This document shows positions 19,910-29,242 of a stretch of DNA of 64,000 nt, piece by piece; positions within the stretch are counted from its first letter, which is position 1; every line of letters starts with the position of its first letter. Source of the stretch: an uncultured beta proteobacterium. Lineage in GTDB: Bacteria; Pseudomonadota; Gammaproteobacteria; Burkholderiales; SG8-39. A model generated the notes under the pieces. That model made no database searches, was not told the DNA's origin, and worked only from the letters and a program-made list of their open reading frames with translations. A program made the position numbers and the translations under genes. The stretch lies in contig CAVTJG010000009.1 in NCBI GenBank assembly GCA_963735025.1, positions 1,771,424-1,835,423 of the forward strand, given 5' to 3'.

Positions 19910-22678
19910 TCAGCGTGATTTCAGGGCAGCGTGGGCGGCGGCGAGGCGGGCGATGGGGACACGGAAGGGTGAGCAGCTGACGTAATCCAGCCCGGTGCGG
20001 TGGCAGAAGTCGATCGACTTCGGGTCGCCGCCGTGCTCTCCGCAGATGCCGACCTCGAGCTCGGGGCGGGTGCCCCGCCCGAGCGCCACGCCCATTTCCA
20101 TCAGCTTTCCCACGCCCGTCTCGTCGATGGTGGCGAATGGGTTCTCCAGCAGAATGCGCTTCTCGAGGTACTCACGCAGGAAACCGGTCTCCGCGTCGTC
20201 GCGGGAGATGCCGAACGTCGTCTGCGTAAGGTCGTTCGTTCCGAACGAGAAGAACTGCGCGTGCCGGGCGATCCGATCGGCCACGAGCGCCGCACGCGGT
20301 ATCTCGATCATCGTGCCGAACTCGTATTTCACTTTGCGGCCCTGCTCCTTCATCACCGCGAGCGCTTCGGCGTCCAGGATGCCCCGCTCGACGCGGAGCT
20401 CGTTCGTGCTGGCAACGAGCGGGATCATGATCTTCGGATGGACCTTGACGCCGGACTTCGCGCACGCGCAGGCCGCCTCGATGATCGCGCGAACCTGCAT
20501 GCGCACGAGCGCGGGGAGGTGGATGCCGAGGCGCACGCCCCGCAATCCGAGCATCGGGTTCTGCTCGCGCATCCCCTCGACCACGCCGAGCACTTTCTTC
20601 TTCTGCGCGAGCGTACCCGCGAGACCGAGCGGGTCGCCCGTCCCGTCGGCGATCTCGATACGGGTCTCGAGCTCGGTCACTTCCTGCAGGAGCTCGTCGT
20701 GGCTCGGAAGGAACTCGTGCAGCGGCGGATCGATCAGACGGATCGTGACGGGCAGGCCGTCCATGGCCTTGAAGAGGCCGATGAAATCCGCGCGCTGGAG
20801 GGGCAGGAGCTGCGCGAGCGAGGTGGCGCGCTCGTCGTCCGTGGCAGCCATGATCATCTGCCGGACGATCGGCAGGCGCTCGGACTCGAAGAACATGTGC
20901 TCCGTGCGGCAAAGTCCAATGCCCTCGGCACCGTAGCCGCGCGCACGCTGCGCGTCGCGCGGGTAGTCGGCGTTCGCCCACACGCCGAGCTTGCGAAATC
21001 CGTCGGCCCACTGGAGGAGCTTGATCAGATAAGGGTCGTCGAAGTTCGGGATGACGGTCTTCAGCTCGCCGGCAAAGACCTCACCGGACGTGCCGTCGAT
21101 CGAGACCACGTCGCCTTCCTTGAACACGCGCGCACCGACGGTGAACTGGCGTGCGTCGGGGTCGACGCGCAGTGCCTCCACGCCGACCACCGCCGGCTTG
21201 CCGAACTGCCGCGCGACGAGCGCCGCGTGGCTGGTGCGTCCACCCCGGCTCGTGAGGATCCCCCGCGCCGCGAGCATGCCGTGCACGTCGTCAGGCTTGG
21301 TTTCCGCGCGGACCATGATGACCGCCTTCTTCTGTTCGAGACCCCAGGTCTGGGCCGTGTCGGCGTCGAAGGCGAGGATGCCGCTTGCCGCGCCGGGCGA
21401 GACGTTCAACCCGCTGGCGATGCGGTCACCGCGCTCCTTTGCGGCGAGTTTTTCGGCCAGATCGAACTGCGGGTGCAGGAAAAAATCGACCTGCTCCGGC
21501 GTCACGCGCTGCACGGCCTCGGCGCGACTGATGAGCTTTTCGTTTGCCAGGTCCACCGCAATGCGCACCGCCGCCTGCGCGGTGCGCTTCGCATCGCGCG
21601 TCTGGAGCATCCACAGCTTGCCGCGCTCGATCGTGAACTCGACGTCCTGGACTTCGCGATAGTGGCGCTCCAGTTTCTTGCAGATCTTTTCGAATTCGGC
21701 GTAGATACGCGGCATCTCGCTCTTCAAGGCCGCGATGGGCTTGGTCGCACGGATGCCGGAAACGACATCCTCGCCTTGCGCGTTGGTGAGATAGTCGCCC
21801 TCGATCTCGCGCTTCCCGGTGGAGACGTTGCGTGTCGTGACCACGCCGGTGCCCGAGTCGTTGCCCATGTTGCCGAACACCATCGTCACGATGTTCACGG
21901 CAGTGCCGAGGTCGTGCGCGATGCCGGCGGCGTTCCGGTAATCGATCGCACGTTTTCCGTTCCACGAGCTGAACACGGCTTCGGTTGCCAGCCGGAGCTG
22001 CTCGACCGGATCGTCGGGAAAGGGGCGGCCGGCCTTGGCCTTGACGATGTCCCGGAACTCGCGCGTGATCGCCGCCAGGTCCTCGGGCGAAAGGTCCGCG
22101 TCGTTCGCGATATTTCGCCTGGCGCGATAACCCGCCAGCACCTTCTCGAACGGCTCGTCGTCAATGCCCATCACCACGCCGCCGAACATCTGTACCAGGC
22201 GGCGGTATGCGTCGTAGACGAACCGTGCATCGCCGGTGAGCGCGACCAGCCCTTCGGCCACCGCGTCGTTGAGACCGATGTTGAGGACGGTGTCCATCAT
22301 GCCCGGCATCGAGAACTTCGCGCCGGAGCGGCACGACACGAGCAGCGGGCGGGCCGGGTCACCCAGTTTTTTGCCGGCTTGTCGCTCGATCTTGCCGACC
22401 GCCGTCAGCACCTGCTCCCACATGCTGGAGGGGAATCCCCCGGCCGCGAGAAATGCGTTGCAGGCCGCGGTGGTCACGACGAATCCCGGTGGGACCGGGA
22501 GTCCCAGTGCGGTCATTTCAGCGAGGTTGGCCCCCTTGCCCCCGAGGAGATCGCGCATGGTTGCGTCGCCCTCGCCGAGGAGGTAGACCCACTTTTTCTT
22601 TTGGACAGAGCGCGGCGCACGGGTCGCGGCACGGCGGGACTTGCTGCGGGAGGTGGACTTGGCGGGATGACGAGCCAT
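19910..22678 (-). CDS. ppdK: pyruvate, phosphate dikinase
   Basis: KKWVYLLGEGDATMRDLLGGKGANLAEM, phospho-His region TSRGGRTSHAALVARQ and a C-terminal PEP-utilising domain. ATG 22678 has an AGGAGG SD. About 28 aa of basic N-terminal extension. Confidence 0.9.
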   Translation of the reverse strand: MARHPAKSTSRSKSRRAATRAPRSVQKKKWVYLLGEGDATMRDLLGGKGANLAEMTALGLPVPPGFVVTTAACNAFLAAGGFPSSMWEQVLTAVGKIERQAGKKLGDPARPLLVSCRSGAKFSMPGMMDTVLNIGLNDAVAEGLVALTGDARFVYDAYRRLVQMFGGVVMGIDDEPFEKVLAGYRARRNIANDADLSPEDLAAITREFRDIVKAKAGRPFPDDPVEQLRLATEAVFSSWNGKRAIDYRNAAGIAHDLGTAVNIVTMVFGNMGNDSGTGVVTTRNVSTGKREIEGDYLTNAQGEDVVSGIRATKPIAALKSEMPRIYAEFEKICKKLERHYREVQDVEFTIERGKLWMLQTRDAKRTAQAAVRIAVDLANEKLISRAEAVQRVTPEQVDFFLHPQFDLAEKLAAKERGDRIASGLNVSPGAASGILAFDADTAQTWGLEQKKAVIMVRAETKPDDVHGMLAARGILTSRGGRTSHAALVARQFGKPAVVGVEALRVDPDARQFTVGARVFKEGDVVSIDGTSGEVFAGELKTVIPNFDDPYLIKLLQWADGFRKLGVWANADYPRDAQRARGYGAEGIGLCRTEHMFFESERLPIVRQMIMAATDDERATSLAQLLPLQRADFIGLFKAMDGLPVTIRLIDPPLHEFLPSHDELLQEVTELETRIEIADGTGDPLGLAGTLAQKKKVLGVVEGMREQNPMLGLRGVRLGIHLPALVRMQVRAIIEAACACAKSGVKVHPKIMIPLVASTNELRVERGILDAEALAVMKEQGRKVKYEFGTMIEIPRAALVADRIARHAQFFSFGTNDLTQTTFGISRDDAETGFLREYLEKRILLENPFATIDETGVGKLMEMGVALGRGTRPELEVGICGEHGGDPKSIDFCHRTGLDYVSCSPFRVPIARLAAAHAALKSR

Positions 22679-22814
22679 GCTTGACGAGCCTCCTGAAAAT
22701 TGACGGCATACGGGCAGGCGAGCGGAACGCCACGCAGCCCCAAGCGTCATTCTCGGTGCTTCGATCGGTCGAGCTTCTGACGCGGGTCAAAGGAATGCAG
22801 GGTCACAAGGACTA

Positions 22815-22840
22815 CGGGACCCGAGCGCGGGACCCGAGCG
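22815..22840. repeat. perfect 13-bp tandem duplication CGGGACCCGAGCG x2
   Basis: Read directly in the intergenic region upstream of ppdK. Confidence 0.8.
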
Positions 22841-22912
22841 GGGCGCAAAAGGAGGGCGAGCCGTCGGGCCACTTTTGGAGGTGGCCGGGGAGGGCAGCCG
22901 AAGGAGGCCCGA

Positions 22913-23308
22913 TCAGGGCATCTGGATCTTGCCGCCGCCGCCTAGTCCGCCGAGGCCGGGAGGCATCGAATCGGGGACGACGATCGAGGACGCGGCCTCG
23001 CGACGCATCTCCTGGATCTCGCGCGCCGTGCGCTCGACGGCCACTTTCGCCGCGTCGGCAAAATTCTCGATTGCCTCGGTCAGGTTGGCAGCCTCGATCT
23101 GGAAGGAAAGGGGAATCGCTCCCATCGGTGTGAGGATCTGGGCCTCACCCATGTACTGCACCGGTCGTGCCGAATCGGTAGTGCCATCGGTCGTGACAGG
23201 CGTGAGGACGCGGATGGTGCCCATCTTGCGGTCGGTATAGAGATCCTCGCGATGCAGTGCGGCAGGATCCATCTTGAGTTCGGTGGAAGGTCGTCCAGTG
23301 GTGGCCAT
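22913..23308 (-). CDS. hypothetical cytoplasmic protein with Gly-rich tail
   Basis: Track ORF 22913..23434 trimmed to ATG 23308 (MATTGRPSTELKMD...). Coding-like codon usage. Ends GLGGLGGGGKIQMP. No family recognised. Confidence 0.5.
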   Translation of the reverse strand: MATTGRPSTELKMDPAALHREDLYTDRKMGTIRVLTPVTTDGTTDSARPVQYMGEAQILTPMGAIPLSFQIEAANLTEAIENFADAAKVAVERTAREIQEMRREAASSIVVPDSMPPGLGGLGGGGKIQMP

Positions 23309-23625
23309 GGCAAGGCGGCCCTCGCGGGCCGGGTTGGAGGTTAATGACGGATCGATTATCCCACCCCCGCGAAATGCGCGCCTTTCTCCGCTCTTTGCCG
23401 CACGCGATGTCGTTTGCCGACGACAGTTCAGCATGTCAAAGCTAGGTCGGTCCGTCGCGCCGAGGTCGCGTCAACCCGGTTCGATTCGAACGCGTTGAGG
23501 CTCCTGCGAGAAGTGGTGCGAGGAGTCCGCCGTAGCGGTATACCCCGCGCTTCATTTCCGCAGGAGCTTGGGCGCCACTTGGCGCGATTTCGTCGTAGTA
23601 CCAACCATCGTAGGGGAGTGTAAGA

Positions 23626-23778
23626 GTGAAACAGCTCATCGCAATGCTGCTCGCCGCCACTTTTGCCGGCGCTTCGGTCTCCGTGATTGCCGAAGAGAAG
23701 AAGTCATCGAAAAAGCCCACGGCAGAGCAGTGCAAGGCGAAGCCGAAAACCAAGGGTTGCGACGCGACGCCGAAGTAA
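23626..23778 (+). CDS. small (50 aa) Lys-rich secreted peptide with two Cys; not in the ORF track (below its size cutoff)
   Basis: GGGGAG SD 7 nt upstream of GTG 23626. VKQLIAMLLAATFAGASVSVIA signal-like N-terminus, then EEKKSSKKPTAEQCKAKPKTKGCDATPK. Strong hairpins follow. Confidence 0.45.
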   Translation: MKQLIAMLLAATFAGASVSVIAEEKKSSKKPTAEQCKAKPKTKGCDATPK

Positions 23779-23820
23779 GTCGAACGTTGTGCAGGGAAGA
23801 AGGGCGACCCACCAGGCCGC

Positions 23821-23864
23821 CCTTTCTCATTGGGGAAACCTGTCGGATTCCCCAATGAGAAAGG
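23821..23864. repeat. 17-bp perfect-stem hairpin (loop 10 nt)
   Basis: CCTTTCTCATTGGGGAA-acctgtcgga-TTCCCCAATGAGAAAGG. Its left arm overlaps a weaker upstream hairpin (23800..23824), so the two structures are mutually exclusive. Confidence 0.8.
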
Positions 23865-23876
23865 CAGAAGGATACG

Positions 23877-23908
23877 AACGGGAGGAAACCGACTGGTTTC
23901 CTCCCGTT
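23877..23908. repeat. 14-bp perfect-stem hairpin (loop 4 nt)
   Basis: AACGGGAGGAAACC-gact-GGTTTCCTCCCGTT, read directly, 13 nt after the previous hairpin. Confidence 0.8.
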
Positions 23909-24034
23909 ACCCTCCTTCCCGTTGGGCGTAGCCTTTCCAGGGTGGTACGGGAACTTCGGCGGAGGTGCGGTGGACGAAGATTTGACAGTTGAATCTCGTC
24001 GTCCAGATTACCTTCCGCGCGCGGAGCCTCCAAC

Positions 24035-25201
24035 ATGAAGAAAACCGTTTTGCTGCAGCTTCGGTGTTCGTATGCCGCGGCGGTGCTGTTGGGGCCGATC
24101 GCGCTTGGGGTGAGCGAATTATCGTTCGCCCAGGCGCCGGCGGAGCATATTGCCACCGAGGAGTACACGGTGCGCGTGGTGACCGTTGCCCGCGGGCTAG
24201 AGCATCCGTGGAGCGTCGCCTGGCTGCCGGACGGTCGGATGCTGGTGACCGAGCGGCCCGGGCGGCTGCGGATCGTCGGCACCGACGGGCAGGTCGCCCC
24301 GACACCCATCGGAGGACTTCCGCCGATCGAGCCGCACGGGCAGGGCGGGCTGTTCGACGTGGTGCTGCATCCGCGCTTCGCAGAGAACGCGTTCGTCTAC
24401 TTCTCGTACGCCGGCAAGGGTCCGGACGGATTCGGCACGGAGCTTGCGCGCGGCAAGCTCGTTGGCAATCGGCTCGAAGGCGTGGAAGTGCTCTTTCGCC
24501 AGGAGCCGAAGGGCCAAACAGGTCGGCATTTCGGCGGTCGCATCGTCTTCGACCGCGCCGGATTCGTGTATCTCACGCTGGGCGACCGCGGGGAGATGGC
24601 GCGTGCGCAAAAGCTCGAGGATCACGCGGGATCGGTGATCCGGCTTCATGACGACGGCCGTGTGCCTGCCGACAATCCGTTCGTCGGCAACCCCACTGCA
24701 AAGCCCGAGAAGTACACGCTGGGCAATCGGAACATGCAGGGCGCCGCGCTCAACCCGAAGTCAGGTGAGCTCTGGGCGCACGAGCATGGCCCGCAGGGCG
24801 GCGACGAAGTAAACGTGATTCGTGCGGGCGTGAACTACGGGTGGCCGGTGATCACTTACGGGGTCAACTACGGCATCGGCACGAAAATCGGCGAGGGAAC
24901 GCACAAGGCCGGAATGGCCCAGCCGCTGCACTACTGGGTGCCATCGATTGCTCCGTCCGGCATGGCGTTCTACGACGGCGACAAGTTTCCACGCTGGCGC
25001 GGGGATCTGTTCGTCGGGGCGCTCCGCGACCAGATGCTGGTCCGGTTGCAACTCGACGGCGAAAAGATCGTCAAGGAGGAGCGCATGCTGAAAGGCGTGC
25101 TCGGCCGCATTCGCGACGTGCGGCAAGGTCCCGACGGCTACCTCTATCTCCTCACCGACGAGTCCGACGGCGCCCTTGTGCGCCTCGAGCCGGTCAACTG
25201 A
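24035..25201 (+). CDS. PQQ-dependent soluble sugar (aldose) dehydrogenase, YliI-like
   Basis: Signal peptide, then GLEHPWSVAWLPDGRMLVTERPGRLRIV, GQGGLFDVVLHP and HFGGRIVFD beta-propeller motifs. Confidence 0.85.
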   Translation: MKKTVLLQLRCSYAAAVLLGPIALGVSELSFAQAPAEHIATEEYTVRVVTVARGLEHPWSVAWLPDGRMLVTERPGRLRIVGTDGQVAPTPIGGLPPIEPHGQGGLFDVVLHPRFAENAFVYFSYAGKGPDGFGTELARGKLVGNRLEGVEVLFRQEPKGQTGRHFGGRIVFDRAGFVYLTLGDRGEMARAQKLEDHAGSVIRLHDDGRVPADNPFVGNPTAKPEKYTLGNRNMQGAALNPKSGELWAHEHGPQGGDEVNVIRAGVNYGWPVITYGVNYGIGTKIGEGTHKAGMAQPLHYWVPSIAPSGMAFYDGDKFPRWRGDLFVGALRDQMLVRLQLDGEKIVKEERMLKGVLGRIRDVRQGPDGYLYLLTDESDGALVRLEPVN

Positions 25202-25204
25202 CCG

Positions 25205-25324
25205 GCCAGGGAAGCTCTGCAGAAGTTCGTCATTCCCGCGACAGCGGGAATCCAGACCGTGTCAATTCAAAGGTTTGCCGGATCCCCGCTGTCGCAGGGA
25301 TGAGTAAGTCAGAGCTTCCCTGGC
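25205..25324. repeat. 120-bp MITE/REP-like composite palindrome exactly filling a convergent gene gap
   Basis: Perfect 15-bp terminal inverted repeats GCCAGGGAAGCTCTG (25205..25219) / CAGAGCTTCCCTGGC (25310..25324). They enclose the REP core ATTCCCGC-gaca-GCGGGAAT (25232..25251) and the related ATCCCCGC-tgtc-GCAGGGAT (25282..25301). Confidence 0.75.
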
Positions 25325-26656
25325 TCAGACCGTCAGGAACGGTCGTACCAGCGCGCCGACGTCTACTCGGGCGTTAATTCGGGCGCAGAGCTGGAACGAT
25401 CCGACCAGCTTACGATGCAGGAAGAGAGTCTCGGGAGGCGGCGCGCGCAGCAGGCCGCGGCGGAAAAGGAGGTCGAATCCCAGGTCTCGCACCCGCGCCG
25501 GGAGGTCCGAGGCGGCAAAATCGTAACGCCCGCGATGTCGCAGCGGCTCGCACACGAGCATCATCATGTCGATTACCGCGCGCGCGCGCTGCGTGGAGTC
25601 GCCTGGCGCGAGGTACCCGATTGCGAGCGCTCCGCGCCGGATGCGAGCGCGGTCTCCGGCCAGGATGGCCCGGCAGGTCTCGCGATAGTGCGCGACGAAG
25701 TCGCGGCTGAACTCCCGCGTCGATCCGAAGTCGAGCAGCACCACTGAGCGATCAGTCGCGTCGTACAGATAGTTCCCGAAATTGGGATCGGTCTGCATGA
25801 ACCCGAATTCGAACAGCTCGCGAAAGAGCAGATGCTCGAGCAGTTTCCCGACCCGGTCGCGTTGCGCTTGCGCAGTGCCCGTTGCGGCAAGGTTTTCGAG
25901 CGGCGTACCCTCCAGATAGTCCATCGCGAGTGCATGGCGGGTCGTGAGATCCGCGTGGACACGCGGCACCCGGAGCCCCGGCTCATCGGCGACCAGCGCA
26001 CGATAGCGTTCCAGAAACTTTGCCTCGAGCAGGTAGTCGGCCTCCTGACGCAACTGGCGCTTCGCCTCGGCGGCGAGTCCGGAAACGTCGAGATCGACGG
26101 GCAGCAGATTCGCGAGCCGCAGCAGCGCGGCGACATTGTCCACGTCGCTTGCGATCGATCGTGCGACGCCGGGATACTGGATCTTGATCGCGAGCTCGCG
26201 GCCGTCAGCCGCACGCGCGCGATGCACCTGGCCGATGGAGGCGGCCGCGATCGGCTCCGGATCGAACGCCGCGAACCGCCGCTCCCATTTGCTTCCATAT
26301 TCACGGGTGAGGACGCGCGAGAGCTGGGCGGCGGGCATCGCGTTCGCGCCGGCGCGCAGGACTGCGAGCGCCTGCGCGAACTCGGGCGGGAGCAGGTCGT
26401 CGCCTTCCAGCGAGAGCAGCTGGCCGAGCTTCATTGCCGCGCCGCGCAGGTGCGCAAGGCGCTCGGCGAATCGCCGGGCATTGCTCGCGTTCAGGAACGC
26501 GCCGCGGGTGCCGCGCGACCCGGCGGTTCCGGTGCCGCGCAATCCTCCGACGAGGCCTCCGAGCACGAGTTCCGTCGCGGCGAGTCCGAATCCCAGGAGC
26601 CGGCCGAGGCGGCTGGCCGGGACGCTGGATTTCCGCTTTGGGGCGCGCGGGCTCAC
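25325..26656 (-). CDS. ABC1/UbiB-family atypical kinase
   Basis: 443 aa; LRGAAMKLGQLLS, ASIGQVHRA and IKIQYPGV motifs of ABC1 (AarF) kinases. GTG start. Confidence 0.85.
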   Translation of the reverse strand: MSPRAPKRKSSVPASRLGRLLGFGLAATELVLGGLVGGLRGTGTAGSRGTRGAFLNASNARRFAERLAHLRGAAMKLGQLLSLEGDDLLPPEFAQALAVLRAGANAMPAAQLSRVLTREYGSKWERRFAAFDPEPIAAASIGQVHRARAADGRELAIKIQYPGVARSIASDVDNVAALLRLANLLPVDLDVSGLAAEAKRQLRQEADYLLEAKFLERYRALVADEPGLRVPRVHADLTTRHALAMDYLEGTPLENLAATGTAQAQRDRVGKLLEHLLFRELFEFGFMQTDPNFGNYLYDATDRSVVLLDFGSTREFSRDFVAHYRETCRAILAGDRARIRRGALAIGYLAPGDSTQRARAVIDMMMLVCEPLRHRGRYDFAASDLPARVRDLGFDLLFRRGLLRAPPPETLFLHRKLVGSFQLCARINARVDVGALVRPFLTV

Positions 26657-26738
26657 GGGCGACGATCCGACGGTGCGCGCGAAGTGGGGGGAGTGTGATA
26701 CGTTTTGCGGCCCACGATGATCGATTATAGGAGGACAG

Positions 26739-27125
26739 ATGGAAGCAGATGAGAAGGGACTCTATGACCGCGGCATGAAGATCCGCCGCGAGGTGCTCGG
26801 TGCGGAATACGTCGACAAGTCGGTGAACAGCGCGGACGAGTTCCAGCGGCACTTCCAGGAGTACGTGACCAAGCACTGCTGGGGGGCGGTGTGGTCGCGT
26901 CCCGGGCTGCCGAAGAAGACGCGCAGCATGCTCAACCTCGCCATGCTCGCCGCGACGAATCGCTCGAACGAGCTGAAGCTCCACCTCAGGGGAGCGGTCA
27001 ACAACGGAGTGACGAAGGAAGAGATGGCCGAAATCTTCCTGCAGGTCGGCGTCTACTGCGGGGCACCCGCTGCGCTGGAGAGCTTCAAGGTCGCGAAAGA
27101 GGTGTTCGCGGAGCTCAAGATATAG
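26739..27125 (+). CDS. carboxymuconolactone decarboxylase (CMD) family protein
   Basis: 128 aa; AGGAGG SD; WSRPGLPKKTRSMLNLAMLAATNRSNELKLHLRGAVNNGVTKEEMAEIFLQVGVYCGAPAA. Confidence 0.85.
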   Translation: MEADEKGLYDRGMKIRREVLGAEYVDKSVNSADEFQRHFQEYVTKHCWGAVWSRPGLPKKTRSMLNLAMLAATNRSNELKLHLRGAVNNGVTKEEMAEIFLQVGVYCGAPAALESFKVAKEVFAELKI

Positions 27126-27184
27126 GCTAGGGCTTTCCCAGGCCGTTCGGCCAATTGGCGGCGCGCTCACGTTCGGAGGGAACC

Positions 27185-27988
27185 GTGACGACCGAAGATG
27201 CCCACGACCCGGAGGACGATTCGCCGTTTCCGGAAATCCGGGAAGTCGGGATGGATGCCCCGGCGCGCTGGTTGCGCGCCGGATGGGCGGATTTTCGCAG
27301 GGCCCCGGTACCGAGCCTTTTCTACGGAGTCGTTCTGGCGGCGATGGGTGCCGCACTCGCAAACGCGCCGCACACCGGGGCCGTGGAGCTCGCCCTCGTC
27401 ACCGGTTTCCTGCTGGTGGGGCCGTTCCTACTCATGGGCCTGTACGACATCGCGCGGCGGGCGCGCCGCGGCGAGGACGTGATGATCGGACCGACAACGG
27501 TTGCGTGGAAGGCGAACGTGTCCTCGATCGGCTTCTACGCCCTCATCCTGGCGCTCCTGCTCGCAGTCTGGATACGCATCTCGATCGTCGTGGTGGCGCT
27601 CTTCTTCGAGGGGGCGCCGCCCTCGGCATCGTCACTCCTTCAGGGCGTCATGACGAGCCCTGAGGCGCTCACGTTCGTGGCCGCCTACGCCGCGGCGGGA
27701 TTCGGGTTTGCGTTGTTCGTTTTCGCGACCTCGGTGGTGTCGCTTCCGATGCTCTACGATCGCGAGAAGATGGACACGCTGACCGCCATGATCACGAGCT
27801 TCAACGCGCTGCGCGTCAATTTCTGGCCGATGCTGCTGTGGGCAGCGATCATCGTCGCGTTGACCGCAGTCGGGTTCGCCACGCTCTACGTCGGGCTCGT
27901 CCTGGTATTGCCGTTGGTCGGACTCGCCACCTGGCACGCATACCGGGAAGTCGTTGCGCCAGTCGATGCGCCGAAGCCCGTGCCATGA
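27185..27988 (+). CDS. DUF2189-like integral membrane protein
   Basis: Track ORF 27155..27988 (TTG). GTG 27185 preferred because GGAGGG lies 5 nt upstream. WLRAGWADFRRAPVPSLFYG followed by several TM helices. Family assignment is from memory. Confidence 0.6.
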   Translation: MTTEDAHDPEDDSPFPEIREVGMDAPARWLRAGWADFRRAPVPSLFYGVVLAAMGAALANAPHTGAVELALVTGFLLVGPFLLMGLYDIARRARRGEDVMIGPTTVAWKANVSSIGFYALILALLLAVWIRISIVVVALFFEGAPPSASSLLQGVMTSPEALTFVAAYAAAGFGFALFVFATSVVSLPMLYDREKMDTLTAMITSFNALRVNFWPMLLWAAIIVALTAVGFATLYVGLVLVLPLVGLATWHAYREVVAPVDAPKPVP

Positions 27989-29223
27989 GCAAAGTTCTGC
28001 AAATCGATGCCGAGCGCTACTGGCGGTCCGTGGAGGCTTCCGGGAAGATCGGCCCCGGACGCCCCGGGGGGCTCGCGCGCGTCGCGCTTTCCGACGCGGA
28101 TCGGGAGATGCGCGACCTGTTCGTGCAGTGGTGCGAGGCGGCCGAATGCGCGGTCACGATCGACCGGGTCGGGAACGTTTTTGCGCGGCGCGCCGGGTCG
28201 GACCCGGCCGCCCCGCCCGTGGTGATCGGAAGCCACCTCGACACGCAGGTGAACGGGGGCAAGTACGACGGCATCGTCGGCGTGCTGGCGGGTCTCGAGA
28301 TCGTGCGCACGCTGAACGATGTCGGCCGGAAAACCCGGCGGCCGATCGAGGTCGTGTCCTGGACCAACGAGGAAGGCGCGCGATTCTCGCCCCCGATGAT
28401 CGCGTCCGGGGCATTCGCCGGGGTATTCGATACCGCCTGGGTGCTCGCGCGCGCCGACGACGACGGTCGACTGCTCGGCGCCGAGCTGGAACGCATCGGG
28501 TATGCAGGCAGTGCGGAAGTCGGCGGCCGGCCGCTCGACGCGTACTTCGAGCTGCACATCGAGCAGGGGCCGATACTCGACGCAGGCCGCGTCGACCTCG
28601 GGATCGTCACCGGCGGCTACGCGACGCATGGATTCGTATTCGAAGTGCAGGGCGAGACCGCGCACACCGGACCCTGGCCAATGGACAAGCGCCGCAACGC
28701 TCTCGTCGGCGCTGCCATGCTGGCGGTCGCCGTGAACGATATCGGCTGGCGCTATCACGCCACCGAAGGCAAAGCTACGGCCGCACGCCTCGTGGCATGG
28801 CCAAACAAGCCCGGCATCCTGTCCGACTGGGCGCAGCTCACGTGCGACGTGCGCCACGCAGAGCCGAAGAATGCCGAACGCATGGTGGCCGAGCTCCTCG
28901 CGGCGGTCGACGACTGCGCGCAACGTTCGCGGTGCGAATTCCGGTTGATGAATCGATGGGAATTCGGCAATGAGCGGTTCGATCCGGAGTGCATCGCCTT
29001 GCTGCGCGACGCGGCGCGCGATCTCGGCGTGTCCACGCGCGACATCCAGAGTCAGGCGGGGCACGACGCCTACTATGTCTCCAAGGTCGCGCCAACTGCA
29101 ATGATCTTCACGCCTTGCGTCGGCGGGATCACGCACAACAATAACGAGCAGGCCGAGCTCGCGCGGACCAAGGCAGGTGTGAACGTTCTCCTGAACGCCG
29201 TCGTCGCGCGCGCCGATCGGTAA
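27985..29223 (+). CDS. M20-family amidohydrolase (N-carbamoyl-L-amino-acid / allantoate amidohydrolase type)
   Basis: ATG 27985 overlaps the upstream stop (ATGA). VGNVFARRAGSD...VVIGSHLDTQVNGGKYDGIVGV...SWTNEEGARF motifs. Confidence 0.8.
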   Translation: MSKVLQIDAERYWRSVEASGKIGPGRPGGLARVALSDADREMRDLFVQWCEAAECAVTIDRVGNVFARRAGSDPAAPPVVIGSHLDTQVNGGKYDGIVGVLAGLEIVRTLNDVGRKTRRPIEVVSWTNEEGARFSPPMIASGAFAGVFDTAWVLARADDDGRLLGAELERIGYAGSAEVGGRPLDAYFELHIEQGPILDAGRVDLGIVTGGYATHGFVFEVQGETAHTGPWPMDKRRNALVGAAMLAVAVNDIGWRYHATEGKATAARLVAWPNKPGILSDWAQLTCDVRHAEPKNAERMVAELLAAVDDCAQRSRCEFRLMNRWEFGNERFDPECIALLRDAARDLGVSTRDIQSQAGHDAYYVSKVAPTAMIFTPCVGGITHNNNEQAELARTKAGVNVLLNAVVARADR

Positions 29224-29242
29224 CGCGGCGCGACGACGTTGA

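Noticed and set aside
20000-22684. 894-aa plus-strand ORF antisense to ppdK. Similar cases are 7305..9449(-), 40231..42276(+), 54892..56796(+), 36252..37541(-) and 27886..29544(-).
   Set aside because: All are mirror-frame ORFs opposite strongly supported genes, with Arg/Gly/Asp/His-rich composition and no recognisable domains.
23477-23489. GGTTCGATTCGAA, which resembles a tRNA T-loop.
   Set aside because: No complementary T stem, acceptor or anticodon arm can be built around it. It is just a short TTCGA-T-TCGAA palindrome.
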